Positions 16,025-35,248 of a stretch of DNA of 64,000 bases are shown here, one piece after another; positions within the stretch are counted from its first letter, which is position 1; each line of letters starts with the position of its first letter. The stretch covers positions 27,900,001 through 27,964,000 of the forward strand of contig NC_086381.1 of NCBI RefSeq assembly GCF_036588685.1, written 5' to 3'. The position numbers were made by a program, and so were the translations under genes. The notes under the pieces are model-generated. The model searched no databases. It was not told the DNA's origin and worked only from the letters and a program-made list of their open reading frames with translations. Source of the stretch: Mytilus trossulus (taxonomy: Eukaryota).

Positions 16025-16301
16025 TTAATACGTTGTTTGACTTGAACAAGTATAAACAATGATTACCCCGTTAGGTGGTATTTTACTATTTATACCCGCA
16101 AAACGGATTGAAAGATGTTTCAGTTCTAAACCAATCAAATCATCGCTTCTTCCAGGTAGTTAGGTTGAATGTTAGAAGGTGCTCTCTCCGAAGTTCGCGT
16201 TAAGTAAAAACTTTCAATCCGTTTTGCCGAGTATAAATAGAAATTTTTATTTACGGCCATCATTCACTGATTACATTTCAGAGAGTATACATCTGTCAAA
16301 A

Positions 16302-16675
16302 ATGCCACCAAAAGTTGGAACCAAAGGAGCCAAAAGGCCGTAACAAAGGCAAAGACTGCCAGACCCGGCGGTGACAAGAAAAGGAGGAGGAAGAGGAGAG
16401 AATCCTATGCCATCTACATCTACAAAGTCTTGAGACAGGTGCACCCAGACACTGGAGTATCCTCAAAGGCTATGTCTATCATGAACAGTTTTGTCAACGA
16501 TATCTTTGAGAGAATCGCTGCAGAAGCTTCCCGTCTCGCTCACTACAACAAGAGATCTACCATCACATCTCGGGAGATCCAGACTGCAGTTCGTCTGCTC
16601 CTACCCGGTGAATTGGCCAAGCACGCTGTCAGTGAAGGTACCAAAGCCGTCACAAAGTACACCAGCAGCAAGTAA
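16302..16675 (+). pseudogene. H2B: Histone H2B with 1-bp deletion as assembled (probably a sequencing error)
   Basis: gccaaaaggcc instead of gccaaaaaggcc at ~16332-16335; ~570 bp from contig end. Confidence 0.5.
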
Positions 16676-16898
16676 ACAACGAGAAGTTTAACTTCACAAA
16701 CGGCCCTTTTCAGGGCCACCAATATTTTTCAAAAAGAGTCTTATTATTGTTGTACATAACAAACTTCTAAATGAAGCTGTGTCCCACCCCAAAATGACAA
16801 ATTTATTTATATCTGAATTCTGTCTTTTTGTCTTTCTTTCTTTCTTTCTTCTTTTCTCTTCTTTATTCTTCATTTTATTAGCCGATTTGAAAAAATAT

Positions 16899-16998
16899 NN
16901 NNNNNNNNNNNNNNNNNNNNNNNNNNNNNNNNNNNNNNNNNNNNNNNNNNNNNNNNNNNNNNNNNNNNNNNNNNNNNNNNNNNNNNNNNNNNNNNNNN
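16899..16998. other. Assembly gap (100 N)
   Basis: Run of N. Confidence 0.99.
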
Positions 16999-17282
<284 letters not shown>

Positions 17283-18034
17283 ACAGCCAGCTGAAAAATA
17301 CAAATACAACGGCCCTTTTCAGGGCCACCAACATTTTTCAAAAAGAATCTGCATTTGTTGTACTTAAAAAGAAAACCATAGCTTTCTCCTGTCCAACTTT
17401 CTTTACTTTCCTTTTTCTTTTATTCGTTTATTTTTTTTAATTTCTTTCACTATTTTTATTTAAGCCTATTAAAAAAAGACCAGCAAGGCTTTGGATACAA
17501 TATGATTCCTGATTTTTGAATGTAAATAACATTTTTATTCTTTATTTCATATGTATTCTTTTATGTAAAAGATATATTGCTGATTTTTCCTCCATTGTCA
17601 AACTCTAGTTATATTGTTTTTATATCCTAAAACAATCCCCCTCCCCCTTTTTTCTCTCTGTCGACGTATGTGTGAATTTAATCTGTTCGTGATATTTTTT
17701 TATATAATGTTTCAATACATATTCAAGTATAGTTCGATTCTAGACCCCTCCCCCCCAAAAAAAGAGGGAAGAAATGTATAACCCGTGAAAAGGTTAAATT
17801 CTGGTGTATGTATATTTTTTCAAATCGGCTAATAAAATGAAGAATAAAGAAGAGAAAAGAAGAAAGAAAGAAAGAAAGACAAAAAGACAGAATTCAGATA
17901 TAAATAAATTTGTCATTTTGGGGTGGGACACAGCTTCATTTAGAAGTTTGTTATGTACAACAATAATAAGACTCTTTTTGAAAAATATTGGTGGCCCTGA
18001 AAAGGGCCGTTTGTGAAGTTAAACTTCTCGTTGT

Positions 18035-18409
18035 TTACTTGCTGCTGGTGTACTTTGTGACGGCTTTGGTACCTTCACTGACAGCGTGCTTGGCCAATTC
18101 ACCGGGTAGGAGCAGACGAACTGCAGTCTGGATCTCCCGAGATGTGATGGTAGATCTCTTGTTGTAGTGAGCGAGACGGGAAGCTTCTGCAGCGATTCTC
18201 TCAAAGATATCGTTGACAAAACTGTTCATGATAGACATAGCCTTTGAGGATACTCCAGTGTCTGGGTGCACCTGTCTCAAGACTTTGTAGATGTAGATGG
18301 CATAGGATTCTCTCCTCTTCCTCCTCCTTTTCTTGTCACCGCCGGGTCTGGCAGTCTTTGCCTTTGTTACGGCCTTTTTGGCTCCTTTGGTTCCAACTTT
18401 TGGTGGCAT
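18035..18409 (-). CDS. H2B: Histone H2B
   Basis: Same protein as first copy. Confidence 0.99.
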   Translation of the reverse strand: MPPKVGTKGAKKAVTKAKTARPGGDKKRRRKRRESYAIYIYKVLRQVHPDTGVSSKAMSIMNSFVNDIFERIAAEASRLAHYNKRSTITSREIQTAVRLLLPGELAKHAVSEGTKAVTKYTSSK

Positions 18410-18686
18410 TTTTGACAGATGTATACTCTCTGAAATGTAATCAGTGAATGATGGCCGTAAATAAAAATTTCTATTTATACTCGGCAAAACGGATTGAAAG
18501 TTTTTACTTAACGCGAACTTCGGAGAGAGCACCTTCTAACATTCAACCTAACTACCTGGAAGAAGCGATGATTTGATTGGTTTAGAACTGAAACATCTTT
18601 CAATCCGTTTTGCGGGTATAAATAGTAAAATACCACCTAACGGGGTAATCATTGTTTATACTTGTTCAAGTCAAACAACGTATTAA

Positions 18687-19070
<384 letters not shown>

Positions 19071-19514
19071 AGTCAACACTACAGAAACTTCACTTACAAC
19101 GGCCCTTTTCAGGGCCACCAACATTTTTCAAAAAGAATCTGACTTTGTTGTGCAATCTCAAACATAGCTCACTCCCTCCATTTCTCTTGTCTTTATCTCT
19201 TTATTTTTCCTTTTCTTTATAAACAGCATACAGATGTCTACTTTCTTATTATATATATAACAATATTTGATGTGGAAAAAAAATGAAGAACAGTACGAGT
19301 TTCTTTTTTTCCCCTATAAAAGTCCAAGAAAATAAACAACTATATATAAACGTAGATTCGATGAAAATGCGCAAGCACGAGAGGAAGAAAAACTCATAGT
19401 TGTTAGTGGTCAATATTGCATATATTTTTGGTGTAAATTTAGTTGCAGTCCTATATATTATACTATATAAGCACACACATTACAATCTATGACCTTATTT
19501 TTATATAATATATA

Positions 19515-19572
19515 TTCGTTCGTTCGTTCGTTCGTTCGTTCGTTCGTTCGTTCGTTCGTTCGTTCGTTCGTT
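19515..19572. repeat. (CGTT)14 microsatellite
   Basis: 58 bp. Confidence 0.97.
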
Positions 19573-20415
19573 GTCTGTCTAACTGTGATCTATGTGAATT
19601 CTTTTCTTCCTCTTCTGCTGTCACATTCTCTTAGATATATAATATATATTTTGTATTCCTATACAAAGTACTTATGCGTATGTTTATAGTTGTGTAGATT
19701 ATTTTTTAGCTCAAATCCTTTGTATTTGCAAAATTCGTATATAAACAATAAAGAATACTTCAACAATGTGCAAGTTTCCCAGTATGCGTGCAGTATACTA
19801 TATAGAGAATATCATGGCTTTACATGATACAGAGACTAGAGAATACAGACACTGTATAGCTAGAGAGAACACAAAGACTATAGAGAGGATAAAAAGTGTT
19901 CTCTTTGTTTTAAGACACTGAGACGAGTGACAATTGTGTACTATAGTAAGCATGTCTATACGAGAAACTGGCTACACACACTAAGAAAACGGCTGCATTT
20001 CTATACCACTGGCTATTGATGAAAATGGATGGATGATGTTTTTTTTTCTCTTTTTCTTCTTCTATTTTGCTCTTTAATTTACATTTCCTGTCAATTATTA
20101 ATTTCGTGTCAGACTGTTGATTAAACAATTATTTATTATTTGAATAAAGATTATTATTAAGTTCTGCATTACTCTTGATTATTATTTTTTTTGGTCTTAT
20201 GTCAAATTTTCGCTGACACTATCAGAATAGAAACAAATTGTGCCAATTGTTAGCTTGGGGTGAACAATCTTTAGCTTCAGTCCAAAAAGGGATCGAAAGC
20301 TGTGAAAGTAACTTCCAGATCAGTCCAATCATAATACAGAGATTTCAACCAATCAACGTGAGTTTTATTACCCCGAAAGGCCAATCAGTGTCGTGTTTGC
20401 AAACATTGCGGCTAG

Positions 20416-20901
<486 letters not shown>

Positions 20902-22527
20902 ACTGACCTTTACTCTATACAATAACGGCCCTTTTAAGGGCCACCAATATTTTCCAAAAAGAGTCTGAATATGTTGTACATCAAAATCAAAAATAGCTGA
21001 AACCCCCTCTCCACATCTTTCTTTATTTTTCTTTCTCTCCACATCTCTCTTTATTCTTCTTTCTTATTATCTTTTTTTTTTGCACTTAAGATTAGACAAG
21101 TCAGGTTACTGTATTGATAGGAGAAAAATATAGAGAAACTTATTTCAAAACATGCAAAGAAAATAAATAAAAGGATAAATAGAGAGAGAGACATACATAT
21201 TTTTTATTTATCTAATTCTTCCAAATCCTTCGGGAAAAAACAAGAATGTTATACATTTTCTGGTATACCCTCCTGAAAAAATTAACATACATGTATACAT
21301 TTAAATAAAAAAAAAAAGGTAAGAAAAAACATACTCCAAGAACAATACAATCCATCTTCTAATTACAGAATTATTAAAATGTATTTCTTTCTAATTTCTG
21401 TGGTTATATTTTTCTCTAAATTGCATTTTTCTCGGTCTTATTTTCTCACTTATTTTTTAGATGCTTTTTGTATGTAATTTTTACTCATATTGTGTATTCT
21501 ACTGTGACAACATGAGAAGATTCAATTATTTTATATTTCTGAAATATATTTTCGGTACGGGTCCAAGTAGTCCACCTTAAATTCTCATTGAAAACTTTGT
21601 CTCCATCAATTGTGTGTTACAGAAAGAACTTTTTCTTGAATACCTTTATTTTGTGCTTAAAATGCATCTATTTTGGGTGCTCTATGTGCCTTATAAATGA
21701 TGTGAACATGTGTGCGGATGAATCTTTTTTTCCCATTGGTGGAGAAAAATAGACAAGGCGCAATAATTCATTCATTCAATGATGTACCAATTGTGGTATT
21801 TAAAAAGTGAGGCTGCACTGTGTACATTTCAAAAACCTATGACTACATGTATAAAGTAGCTGCTAAATTTAGAAAGATTCCTAATTAGTTGTTAAAAGAT
21901 GAGCATTGATTGTATACATGTAATAATAACATGTTTGAAATGTGAATTTCCCGGGACATCTTTATTGAAACTGGTAAAGGTGATTTTGAGAAAAATTATC
22001 ATGCACACCTGTTTTTATTTACAAGTCTATCTGTCCATGCTTAAATAACTGACTGGTATGCTGTAGATTAGTTTTGCTTTTACTCTCTTAAGTCTGCAGA
22101 GCTGCAGTGGACTATCTCTGAAACTGTATCTTTTGAACAAGAAAAATACTGTATAAAAAGATTTTCTTTAAACTAATTGTTTTTATATTGCAATTGCACA
22201 TTGTTAACTCCTGCTTATGTATGCAGTGTGATATGTTCTTGTATTTTAAGTAAAAGGAAATAAATCTCTTTCACATTGGAAAATATAAGAAGTATTAATT
22301 GATGATGGAGATCATTAGTTATTTGGTCCATCTCTTATAATCTTTGTATTTTTATTTGTATACAGTTTGAAATATTTTATTTTCACATATTTTCAGAGAA
22401 GTGGATTGAAAGTGTACAGAATTCCTACAGAGTTACCTCCCCGATTTAGACGAAAACAACCAATCAGGTCCAACCTATCAAAAATTCAGTGGTATTTCTT
22501 TTAGGGCCGCGTTCATCAGATATATAG

Positions 22528-22893
<366 letters not shown>

Positions 22894-23647
22894 ACAGCCA
22901 GCTGAAAAATACAAATACAACGGCCCTTTTCAGGGCCACCAACATTTTTCAAAAAGAATCTGCATTTGTTGTACTTAAAAAGAAAACCATAGCTTTCTCC
23001 TGTCCAACTTTCTTTACTTTCCTTTTTCTTTTATTCGTTTATTTTTTTTAATTTCTTTTCACTATTTTTATTTAAGCCTATTAAAAAAAGACCAGCAAGG
23101 CTTTGGATACAATATGATTCCTGATTTTTGAATGTAAATAACATTTTTATTCTTTATTTCATATGTATTCTTTTATGTAAAAGATATATTGCTGATTTTT
23201 CCTCCATTGTCAAACTCTAGTTATATTGTTTTTATATCCTAAAACAATCCCCCTCCCCCTTTTTTCTCTCTGTCGACGTATGTGTGAATTTAATCTGTTC
23301 GTGATATTTTTTTATATAATGTTTCAATACATATTCAAGTATAGTTCGATTCTAGACCCCCTCCCCCCCAAAAAAAGAGGGAAGAAATGTATAACCCGTG
23401 AAAAGGTTAAATTCTGGTGTATGTATATTTTTTCAAATCGGCTAATAAAATGAAGAATAAAGAAGAGAAAAGAAGAAAGAAAGAAAGAAAGACAAAAAGA
23501 CAGAATTCAGATATAAATAAATTTGTCATTTTGGGGTGGGACACAGCTTCATTTAGAAGTTTGTTATGTACAACAATAATAAGACTCTTTTTGAAAAATA
23601 TTGGTGGCCCTGAAAAGGGCCGTTTGTGAAGTTAAACTTCTCGTTGT

Positions 23648-24022
23648 TTACTTGCTGCTGGTGTACTTTGTGACGGCTTTGGTACCTTCACTGACAGCGT
23701 GCTTGGCCAATTCACCGGGTAGGAGCAGACGAACTGCAGTCTGGATCTCCCGAGATGTGATGGTAGATCTCTTGTTGTAGTGAGCGAGACGGGAAGCTTC
23801 TGCAGCGATTCTCTCAAAGATATCGTTGACAAAACTGTTCATGATAGACATAGCCTTTGAGGATACTCCAGTGTCTGGGTGCACCTGTCTCAAGACTTTG
23901 TAGATGTAGATGGCATAGGATTCTCTCCTCTTCCTCCTCCTTTTCTTGTCACCGCCGGGTCTGGCAGTCTTTGCCTTTGTTACGGCCTTTTTGGCTCCTT
24001 TGGTTCCAACTTTTGGTGGCAT
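23648..24022 (-). CDS. H2B: Histone H2B
   Basis: Same protein as first copy. Confidence 0.99.
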   Translation of the reverse strand: MPPKVGTKGAKKAVTKAKTARPGGDKKRRRKRRESYAIYIYKVLRQVHPDTGVSSKAMSIMNSFVNDIFERIAAEASRLAHYNKRSTITSREIQTAVRLLLPGELAKHAVSEGTKAVTKYTSSK

Positions 24023-24299
24023 TTTTGACAGATGTATACTCTCTGAAATGTAATCAGTGAATGATGGCCGTAAATAAAAATTTCTATTTATACTCGGCAA
24101 AACGGATTGAAAGTTTTTACTTAACGCGAACTTCGGAGAGAGCACCTTCTAACATTCAACCTAACTACCTGGAAGAAGCGATGATTTGATTGGTTTAGAA
24201 CTGAAACATCTTTCAATCCGTTTTGCGGGTATAAATAGTAAAATACCACCTAACGGGGTAATCATTGTTTATACTTGTTCAAGTCAAACAACGTATTAA

Positions 24300-24683
<384 letters not shown>

Positions 24684-25127
24684 AGTCAACACTACAGAAA
24701 CTTCACTTACAACGGCCCTTTTCAGGGCCACCAACATTTTTCAAAAAGAATCTGACTTTGTTGTGCAATCTCAAACATAGCTCACTCCCTCCATTTCTCT
24801 TGTCTTTATCTCTTTATTTTTCCTTTTCTTTATAAACAGCATACAGATGTCTACTTTCTTATTATATATATAACAATATTTGATGTGGAAAAAAAATGAA
24901 GAACAGTACGAGTTTCTTTTTTTCCCCTATAAAAGTCCAAGAAAATAAACAACTATATATAAACGTAGATTCGATGAAAATGCGCAAGCACGAGAGGAAG
25001 AAAAACTCATAGTTGTTAGTGGTCAATATTGCATATATTTTTGGTGTAAATTTAGTTGCAGTCCTATATATTATACTATATAAGCACACACATTACAATC
25101 TATGACCTTATTTTTATATAATATATA

Positions 25128-25185
25128 TTCGTTCGTTCGTTCGTTCGTTCGTTCGTTCGTTCGTTCGTTCGTTCGTTCGTTCGTT
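25128..25185. repeat. (CGTT)14 microsatellite
   Basis: 58 bp. Confidence 0.97.
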
Positions 25186-26028
25186 GTCTGTCTAACTGTG
25201 ATCTATGTGAATTCTTTTCTTCCTCTTCTGCTGTCACATTCTCTTAGATATATAATATATATTTTGTATTCCTATACAAAGTACTTATGCGTATGTTTAT
25301 AGTTGTGTAGATTATTTTTTAGCTCAAATCCTTTGTATTTGCAAAATTCGTATATAAACAATAAAGAATACTTCAACAATGTGCAAGTTTCCCAGTATGC
25401 GTGCAGTATACTATATAGAGAATATCATGGCTTTACATGATACAGAGACTAGAGAATACAGACACTGTATAGCTAGAGAGAACACAAAGACTATAGAGAG
25501 GATAAAAAGTGTTCTCTTTGTTTTAAGACACTGAGACGAGTGACAATTGTGTACTATAGTAAGCATGTCTATACGAGAAACTGGCTACACACACTAAGAA
25601 AACGGCTGCATTTCTATACCACTGGCTATTGATGAAAATGGATGGATGATGTTTTTTTTTCTCTTTTTCTTCTTCTATTTTGCTCTTTAATTTACATTTC
25701 CTGTCAATTATTAATTTCGTGTCAGACTGTTGATTAAACAATTATTTATTATTTGAATAAAGATTATTATTAAGTTCTGCATTACTCTTGATTATTATTT
25801 TTTTTGGTCTTATGTCAAATTTTCGCTGACACTATCAGAATAGAAACAAATTGTGCCAATTGTTAGCTTGGGGTGAACAATCTTTAGCTTCAGTCCAAAA
25901 AGGGATCGAAAGCTGTGAAAGTAACTTCCAGATCAGTCCAATCATAATACAGAGATTTCAACCAATCAACGTGAGTTTTATTACCCCGAAAGGCCAATCA
26001 GTGTCGTGTTTGCAAACATTGCGGCTAG

Positions 26029-26514
<486 letters not shown>

Positions 26515-28140
26515 ACTGACCTTTACTCTATACAATAACGGCCCTTTTAAGGGCCACCAATATTTTCCAAAAAGAGTCTGAATATGTTGTACATCAAAAT
26601 CAAAAATAGCTGAAACCCCCTCTCCACATCTTTCTTTATTTTTCTTTCTCTCCACATCTCTCTTTATTCTTCTTTCTTATTATCTTTTTTTTTTGCACTT
26701 AAGATTAGACAAGTCAGGTTACTGTATTGATAGGAGAAAAATATAGAGAAACTTATTTCAAAACATGCAAAGAAAATAAATAAAAGGATAAATAGAGAGA
26801 GAGACATACATATTTTTTATTTATCTAATTCTTCCAAATCCTTCGGGAAAAAACAAGAATGTTATACATTTTCTGGTATACCCTCCTGAAAAAATTAACA
26901 TACATGTATACATTTAAATAAAAAAAAAAAGGTAAGAAAAAACATACTCCAAGAACAATACAATCCATCTTCTAATTACAGAATTATTAAAATGTATTTC
27001 TTTCTAATTTCTGTGGTTATATTTTTCTCTAAATTGCATTTTTCTCGGTCTTATTTTCTCACTTATTTTTTAGATGCTTTTTGTATGTAATTTTTACTCA
27101 TATTGTGTATTCTACTGTGACAACATGAGAAGATTCAATTATTTTATATTTCTGAAATATATTTTCGGTACGGGTCCAAGTAGTCCACCTTAAATTCTCA
27201 TTGAAAACTTTGTCTCCATCAATTGTGTGTTACAGAAAGAACTTTTTCTTGAATACCTTTATTTTGTGCTTAAAATGCATCTATTTTGGGTGCTCTATGT
27301 GCCTTATAAATGATGTGAACATGTGTGCGGATGAATCTTTTTTTCCCATTGGTGGAGAAAAATAGACAAGGCGCAATAATTCATTCATTCAATGATGTAC
27401 CAATTGTGGTATTTAAAAAGTGAGGCTGCACTGTGTACATTTCAAAAACCTATGACTACATGTATAAAGTAGCTGCTAAATTTAGAAAGATTCCTAATTA
27501 GTTGTTAAAAGATGAGCATTGATTGTATACATGTAATAATAACATGTTTGAAATGTGAATTTCCCGGGACATCTTTATTGAAACTGGTAAAGGTGATTTT
27601 GAGAAAAATTATCATGCACACCTGTTTTTATTTACAAGTCTATCTGTCCATGCTTAAATAACTGACTGGTATGCTGTAGATTAGTTTTGCTTTTACTCTC
27701 TTAAGTCTGCAGAGCTGCAGTGGACTATCTCTGAAACTGTATCTTTTGAACAAGAAAAATACTGTATAAAAAGATTTTCTTTAAACTAATTGTTTTTATA
27801 TTGCAATTGCACATTGTTAACTCCTGCTTATGTATGCAGTGTGATATGTTCTTGTATTTTAAGTAAAAGGAAATAAATCTCTTTCACATTGGAAAATATA
27901 AGAAGTATTAATTGATGATGGAGATCATTAGTTATTTGGTCCATCTCTTATAATCTTTGTATTTTTATTTGTATACAGTTTGAAATATTTTATTTTCACA
28001 TATTTTCAGAGAAGTGGATTGAAAGTGTACAGAATTCCTACAGAGTTACCTCCCCGATTTAGACGAAAACAACCAATCAGGTCCAACCTATCAAAAATTC
28101 AGTGGTATTTCTTTTAGGGCCGCGTTCATCAGATATATAG

Positions 28141-28506
<366 letters not shown>

Positions 28507-29260
28507 ACAGCCAGCTGAAAAATACAAATACAACGGCCCTTTTCAGGGCCACCAACATTTTTCAAAAAGAATCTGCATTTGTTGTACTTAAAAAGAAAAC
28601 CATAGCTTTCTCCTGTCCAACTTTCTTTACTTTCCTTTTTCTTTTATTCGTTTATTTTTTTTAATTTCTTTTCACTATTTTTATTTAAGCCTATTAAAAA
28701 AAGACCAGCAAGGCTTTGGATACAATATGATTCCTGATTTTTGAATGTAAATAACATTTTTATTCTTTATTTCATATGTATTCTTTTATGTAAAAGATAT
28801 ATTGCTGATTTTTCCTCCATTGTCAAACTCTAGTTATATTGTTTTTATATCCTAAAACAATCCCCCTCCCCCTTTTTTCTCTCTGTCGACGTATGTGTGA
28901 ATTTAATCTTTTCGTGATATTTTTTTATATAATGTTTCAATACATATTCAAGTATAGTTCGATTCTAGACCCCCTCCCCCCCAAAAAAAGAGGGAAGAAA
29001 TGTATAACCCGTGAAAAGGTTAAATTCTGGTGTATGTATATTTTTTCAAATCGGCTAATAAAATGAAGAATAAAGAAGAGAAAAGAAGAAAGAAAGAAAG
29101 AAAGACAAAAAGACAGAATTCAGATATAAATAAATTTGTCATTTTGGGGTGGGACACAGCTTCATTTAGAAGTTTGTTATGTACAACAATAATAAGACTC
29201 TTTTTGAAAAATATTGGTGGCCCTGAAAAGGGCCGTTTGTGAAGTTAAACTTCTCGTTGT

Positions 29261-29635
29261 TTACTTGCTGCTGGTGTACTTTGTGACGGCTTTGGTACCT
29301 TCACTGACAGCGTGCTTGGCCAATTCACCGGGTAGGAGCAGACGAACTGCAGTCTGGATCTCCCGAGATGTGATGGTAGATCTCTTGTTGTAGTGAGCGA
29401 GACGGGAAGCTTCTGCAGCGATTCTCTCAAAGATATCGTTGACAAAACTGTTCATGATAGACATAGCCTTTGAGGATACTCCAGTGTCTGGGTGCACCTG
29501 TCTCAAGACTTTGTAGATGTAGATGGCATAGGATTCTCTCCTCTTCCTCCTCCTTTTCTTGTCACCGCCGGGTCTGGCAGTCTTTGCCTTTGTTACGGCC
29601 TTTTTGGCTCCTTTGGTTCCAACTTTTGGTGGCAT
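29261..29635 (-). CDS. H2B: Histone H2B
   Basis: Same protein as first copy. Confidence 0.99.
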   Translation of the reverse strand: MPPKVGTKGAKKAVTKAKTARPGGDKKRRRKRRESYAIYIYKVLRQVHPDTGVSSKAMSIMNSFVNDIFERIAAEASRLAHYNKRSTITSREIQTAVRLLLPGELAKHAVSEGTKAVTKYTSSK

Positions 29636-29912
29636 TTTTGACAGATGTATACTCTCTGAAATGTAATCAGTGAATGATGGCCGTAAATAAAAATTTCTAT
29701 TTATACTCGGCAAAACGGATTGAAAGTTTTTACTTAACGCGAACTTCGGAGAGAGCACCTTCTAACATTCAACCTAACTACCTGGAAGAAGCGATGATTT
29801 GATTGGTTTAGAACTGAAACATCTTTCAATCCGTTTTGCGGGTATAAATAGTAAAATACCACCTAACGGGGTAATCATTGTTTATACTTGTTCAAGTCAA
29901 ACAACGTATTAA

Positions 29913-30296
<384 letters not shown>

Positions 30297-30740
30297 AGTC
30301 AACACTACAGAAACTTCACTTACAACGGCCCTTTTCAGGGCCACCAACATTTTTCAAAAAGAATCTGACTTTGTTGTGCAATCTCAAACATAGCTCACTC
30401 CCTCCATTTCTCTTGTCTTTATCTCTTTATTTTTCCTTTTCTTTATAAACAGCATACAGATGTCTACTTTCTTATTATATATATAACAATATTTGATGTG
30501 GAAAAAAAATGAAGAACAGTACGAGTTTCTTTTTTTCCCCTATAAAAGTCCAAGAAAATAAACAACTATATATAAACGTAGATTCGATGAAAATGCGCAA
30601 GCACGAGAGGAAGAAAAACTCATAGTTGTTAGTGGTCAATATTGCATATATTTTTGGTGTAAATTTAGTTGCAGTCCTATATATTATACTATATAAGCAC
30701 ACACATTACAATCTATGACCTTATTTTTATATAATATATA

Positions 30741-30798
30741 TTCGTTCGTTCGTTCGTTCGTTCGTTCGTTCGTTCGTTCGTTCGTTCGTTCGTTCGTT
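30741..30798. repeat. (CGTT)14 microsatellite
   Basis: 58 bp. Confidence 0.97.
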
Positions 30799-31641
30799 GT
30801 CTGTCTAACTGTGATCTATGTGAATTCTTTTCTTCCTCTTCTGCTGTCACATTCTCTTAGATATATAATATATATTTTGTATTCCTATACAAAGTACTTA
30901 TGCGTATGTTTATAGTTGTGTAGATTATTTTTTAGCTCAAATCCTTTGTATTTGCAAAATTCGTATATAAACAATAAAGAATACTTCAACAATGTGCAAG
31001 TTTCCCAGTATGCGTGCAGTATACTATATAGAGAATATCATGGCTTTACATGATACAGAGACTAGAGAATACAGACACTGTATAGCTAGAGAGAACACAA
31101 AGACTATAGAGAGGATAAAAAGTGTTCTCTTTGTTTTAAGACACTGAGACGAGTGACAATTGTGTACTATAGTAAGCATGTCTATACGAGAAACTGGCTA
31201 CACACACTAAGAAAACGGCTGCATTTCTATACCACTGGCTATTGATGAAAATGGATGGATGATGTTTTTTTTTCTCTTTTTCTTCTTCTATTTTGCTCTT
31301 TAATTTACATTTCCTGTCAATTATTAATTTCGTGTCAGACTGTTGATTAAACAATTATTTATTATTTGAATAAAGATTATTATTAAGTTCTGCATTACTC
31401 TTGATTATTATTTTTTTTGGTCTTATGTCAAATTTTCGCTGACACTATCAGAATAGAAACAAATTGTGCCAATTGTTAGCTTGGGGTGAACAATCTTTAG
31501 CTTCAGTCCAAAAAGGGATCGAAAGCTGTGAAAGTAACTTCCAGATCAGTCCAATCATAATACAGAGATTTCAACCAATCAACGTGAGTTTTATTACCCC
31601 GAAAGGCCAATCAGTGTCGTGTTTGCAAACATTGCGGCTAG

Positions 31642-32127
<486 letters not shown>

Positions 32128-33753
32128 ACTGACCTTTACTCTATACAATAACGGCCCTTTTAAGGGCCACCAATATTTTCCAAAAAGAGTCTGAATATGT
32201 TGTACATCAAAATCAAAAATAGCTGAAACCCCCTCTCCACATCTTTCTTTATTTTTCTTTCTCTCCACATCTCTCTTTATTCTTCTTTCTTATTATCTTT
32301 TTTTTTTGCACTTAAGATTAGACAAGTCAGGTTACTGTATTGATAGGAGAAAAATATAGAGAAACTTATTTCAAAACATGCAAAGAAAATAAATAAAAGG
32401 ATAAATAGAGAGAGAGACATACATATTTTTTATTTATCTAATTCTTCCAAATCCTTCGGGAAAAAACAAGAATGTTATACATTTTCTGGTATACCCTCCT
32501 GAAAAAATTAACATACATGTATACATTTAAATAAAAAAAAAAAGGTAAGAAAAAACATACTCCAAGAACAATACAATCCATCTTCTAATTACAGAATTAT
32601 TAAAATGTATTTCTTTCTAATTTCTGTGGTTATATTTTTCTCTAAATTGCATTTTTCTCGGTCTTATTTTCTCACTTATTTTTTAGATGCTTTTTGTATG
32701 TAATTTTTACTCATATTGTGTATTCTACTGTGACAACATGAGAAGATTCAATTATTTTATATTTCTGAAATATATTTTCGGTACGGGTCCAAGTAGTCCA
32801 CCTTAAATTCTCATTGAAAACTTTGTCTCCATCAATTGTGTGTTACAGAAAGAACTTTTTCTTGAATACCTTTATTTTGTGCTTAAAATGCATCTATTTT
32901 GGGTGCTCTATGTGCCTTATAAATGATGTGAACATGTGTGCGGATGAATCTTTTTTTCCCATTGGTGGAGAAAAATAGACAAGGCGCAATAATTCATTCA
33001 TTCAATGATGTACCAATTGTGGTATTTAAAAAGTGAGGCTGCACTGTGTACATTTCAAAAACCTATGACTACATGTATAAAGTAGCTGCTAAATTTAGAA
33101 AGATTCCTAATTAGTTGTTAAAAGATGAGCATTGATTGTATACATGTAATAATAACATGTTTGAAATGTGAATTTCCCGGGACATCTTTATTGAAACTGG
33201 TAAAGGTGATTTTGAGAAAAATTATCATGCACACCTGTTTTTATTTACAAGTCTATCTGTCCATGCTTAAATAACTGACTGGTATGCTGTAGATTAGTTT
33301 TGCTTTTACTCTCTTAAGTCTGCAGAGCTGCAGTGGACTATCTCTGAAACTGTATCTTTTGAACAAGAAAAATACTGTATAAAAAGATTTTCTTTAAACT
33401 AATTGTTTTTATATTGCAATTGCACATTGTTAACTCCTGCTTATGTATGCAGTGTGATATGTTCTTGTATTTTAAGTAAAAGGAAATAAATCTCTTTCAC
33501 ATTGGAAAATATAAGAAGTATTAATTGATGATGGAGATCATTAGTTATTTGGTCCATCTCTTATAATCTTTGTATTTTTATTTGTATACAGTTTGAAATA
33601 TTTTATTTTCACATATTTTCAGAGAAGTGGATTGAAAGTGTACAGAATTCCTACAGAGTTACCTCCCCGATTTAGACGAAAACAACCAATCAGGTCCAAC
33701 CTATCAAAAATTCAGTGGTATTTCTTTTAGGGCCGCGTTCATCAGATATATAG

Positions 33754-34119
<366 letters not shown>

Positions 34120-34873
34120 ACAGCCAGCTGAAAAATACAAATACAACGGCCCTTTTCAGGGCCACCAACATTTTTCAAAAAGAATCTGCATTTGTTGTAC
34201 TTAAAAAGAAAACCATAGCTTTCTCCTGTCCAACTTTCTTTACTTTCCTTTTTCTTTTATTCGTTTATTTTTTTTAATTTCTTTTCACTATTTTTATTTA
34301 AGCCTATTAAAAAAAGACCAGCAAGGCTTTGGATACAATATGATTCCTGATTTTTGAATGTAAATAACATTTTTATTCTTTATTTCATATGTATTCTTTT
34401 ATGTAAAAGATATATTGCTGATTTTTCCTCCATTGTCAAACTCTAGTTATATTGTTTTTATATCCTAAAACAATCCCCCTCCCCCTTTTTTCTCTCTGTC
34501 GACGTATGTGTGAATTTAATCTGTTCGTGATATTTTTTTATATAATGTTTCAATACATATTCAAGTATAGTTCGATTCTAGACCCCCTCCCCCCCAAAAA
34601 AAGAGGGAAGAAATGTATAACCCGTGAAAAGGTTAAATTCTGGTGTATGTATATTTTTTCAAATCGGCTAATAAAATGAAGAATAAAGAAGAGAAAAGAA
34701 GAAAGAAAGAAAGAAAGACAAAAAGACAGAATTCAGATATAAATAAATTTGTCATTTTGGGGTGGGACACAGCTTCATTTAGAAGTTTGTTATGTACAAC
34801 AATAATAAGACTCTTTTTGAAAAATATTGGTGGCCCTGAAAAGGGCCGTTTGTGAAGTTAAACTTCTCGTTGT

Positions 34874-35248
34874 TTACTTGCTGCTGGTGTACTTTGTGAC
34901 GGCTTTGGTACCTTCACTGACAGCGTGCTTGGCCAATTCACCGGGTAGGAGCAGACGAACTGCAGTCTGGATCTCCCGAGATGTGATGGTAGATCTCTTG
35001 TTGTAGTGAGCGAGACGGGAAGCTTCTGCAGCGATTCTCTCAAAGATATCGTTGACAAAACTGTTCATGATAGACATAGCCTTTGAGGATACTCCAGTGT
35101 CTGGGTGCACCTGTCTCAAGACTTTGTAGATGTAGATGGCATAGGATTCTCTCCTCTTCCTCCTCCTTTTCTTGTCACCGCCGGGTCTGGCAGTCTTTGC
35201 CTTTGTTACGGCCTTTTTGGCTCCTTTGGTTCCAACTTTTGGTGGCAT
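34874..35248 (-). CDS. H2B: Histone H2B
   Basis: Same protein as first copy. Confidence 0.99.
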   Translation of the reverse strand: MPPKVGTKGAKKAVTKAKTARPGGDKKRRRKRRESYAIYIYKVLRQVHPDTGVSSKAMSIMNSFVNDIFERIAAEASRLAHYNKRSTITSREIQTAVRLLLPGELAKHAVSEGTKAVTKYTSSK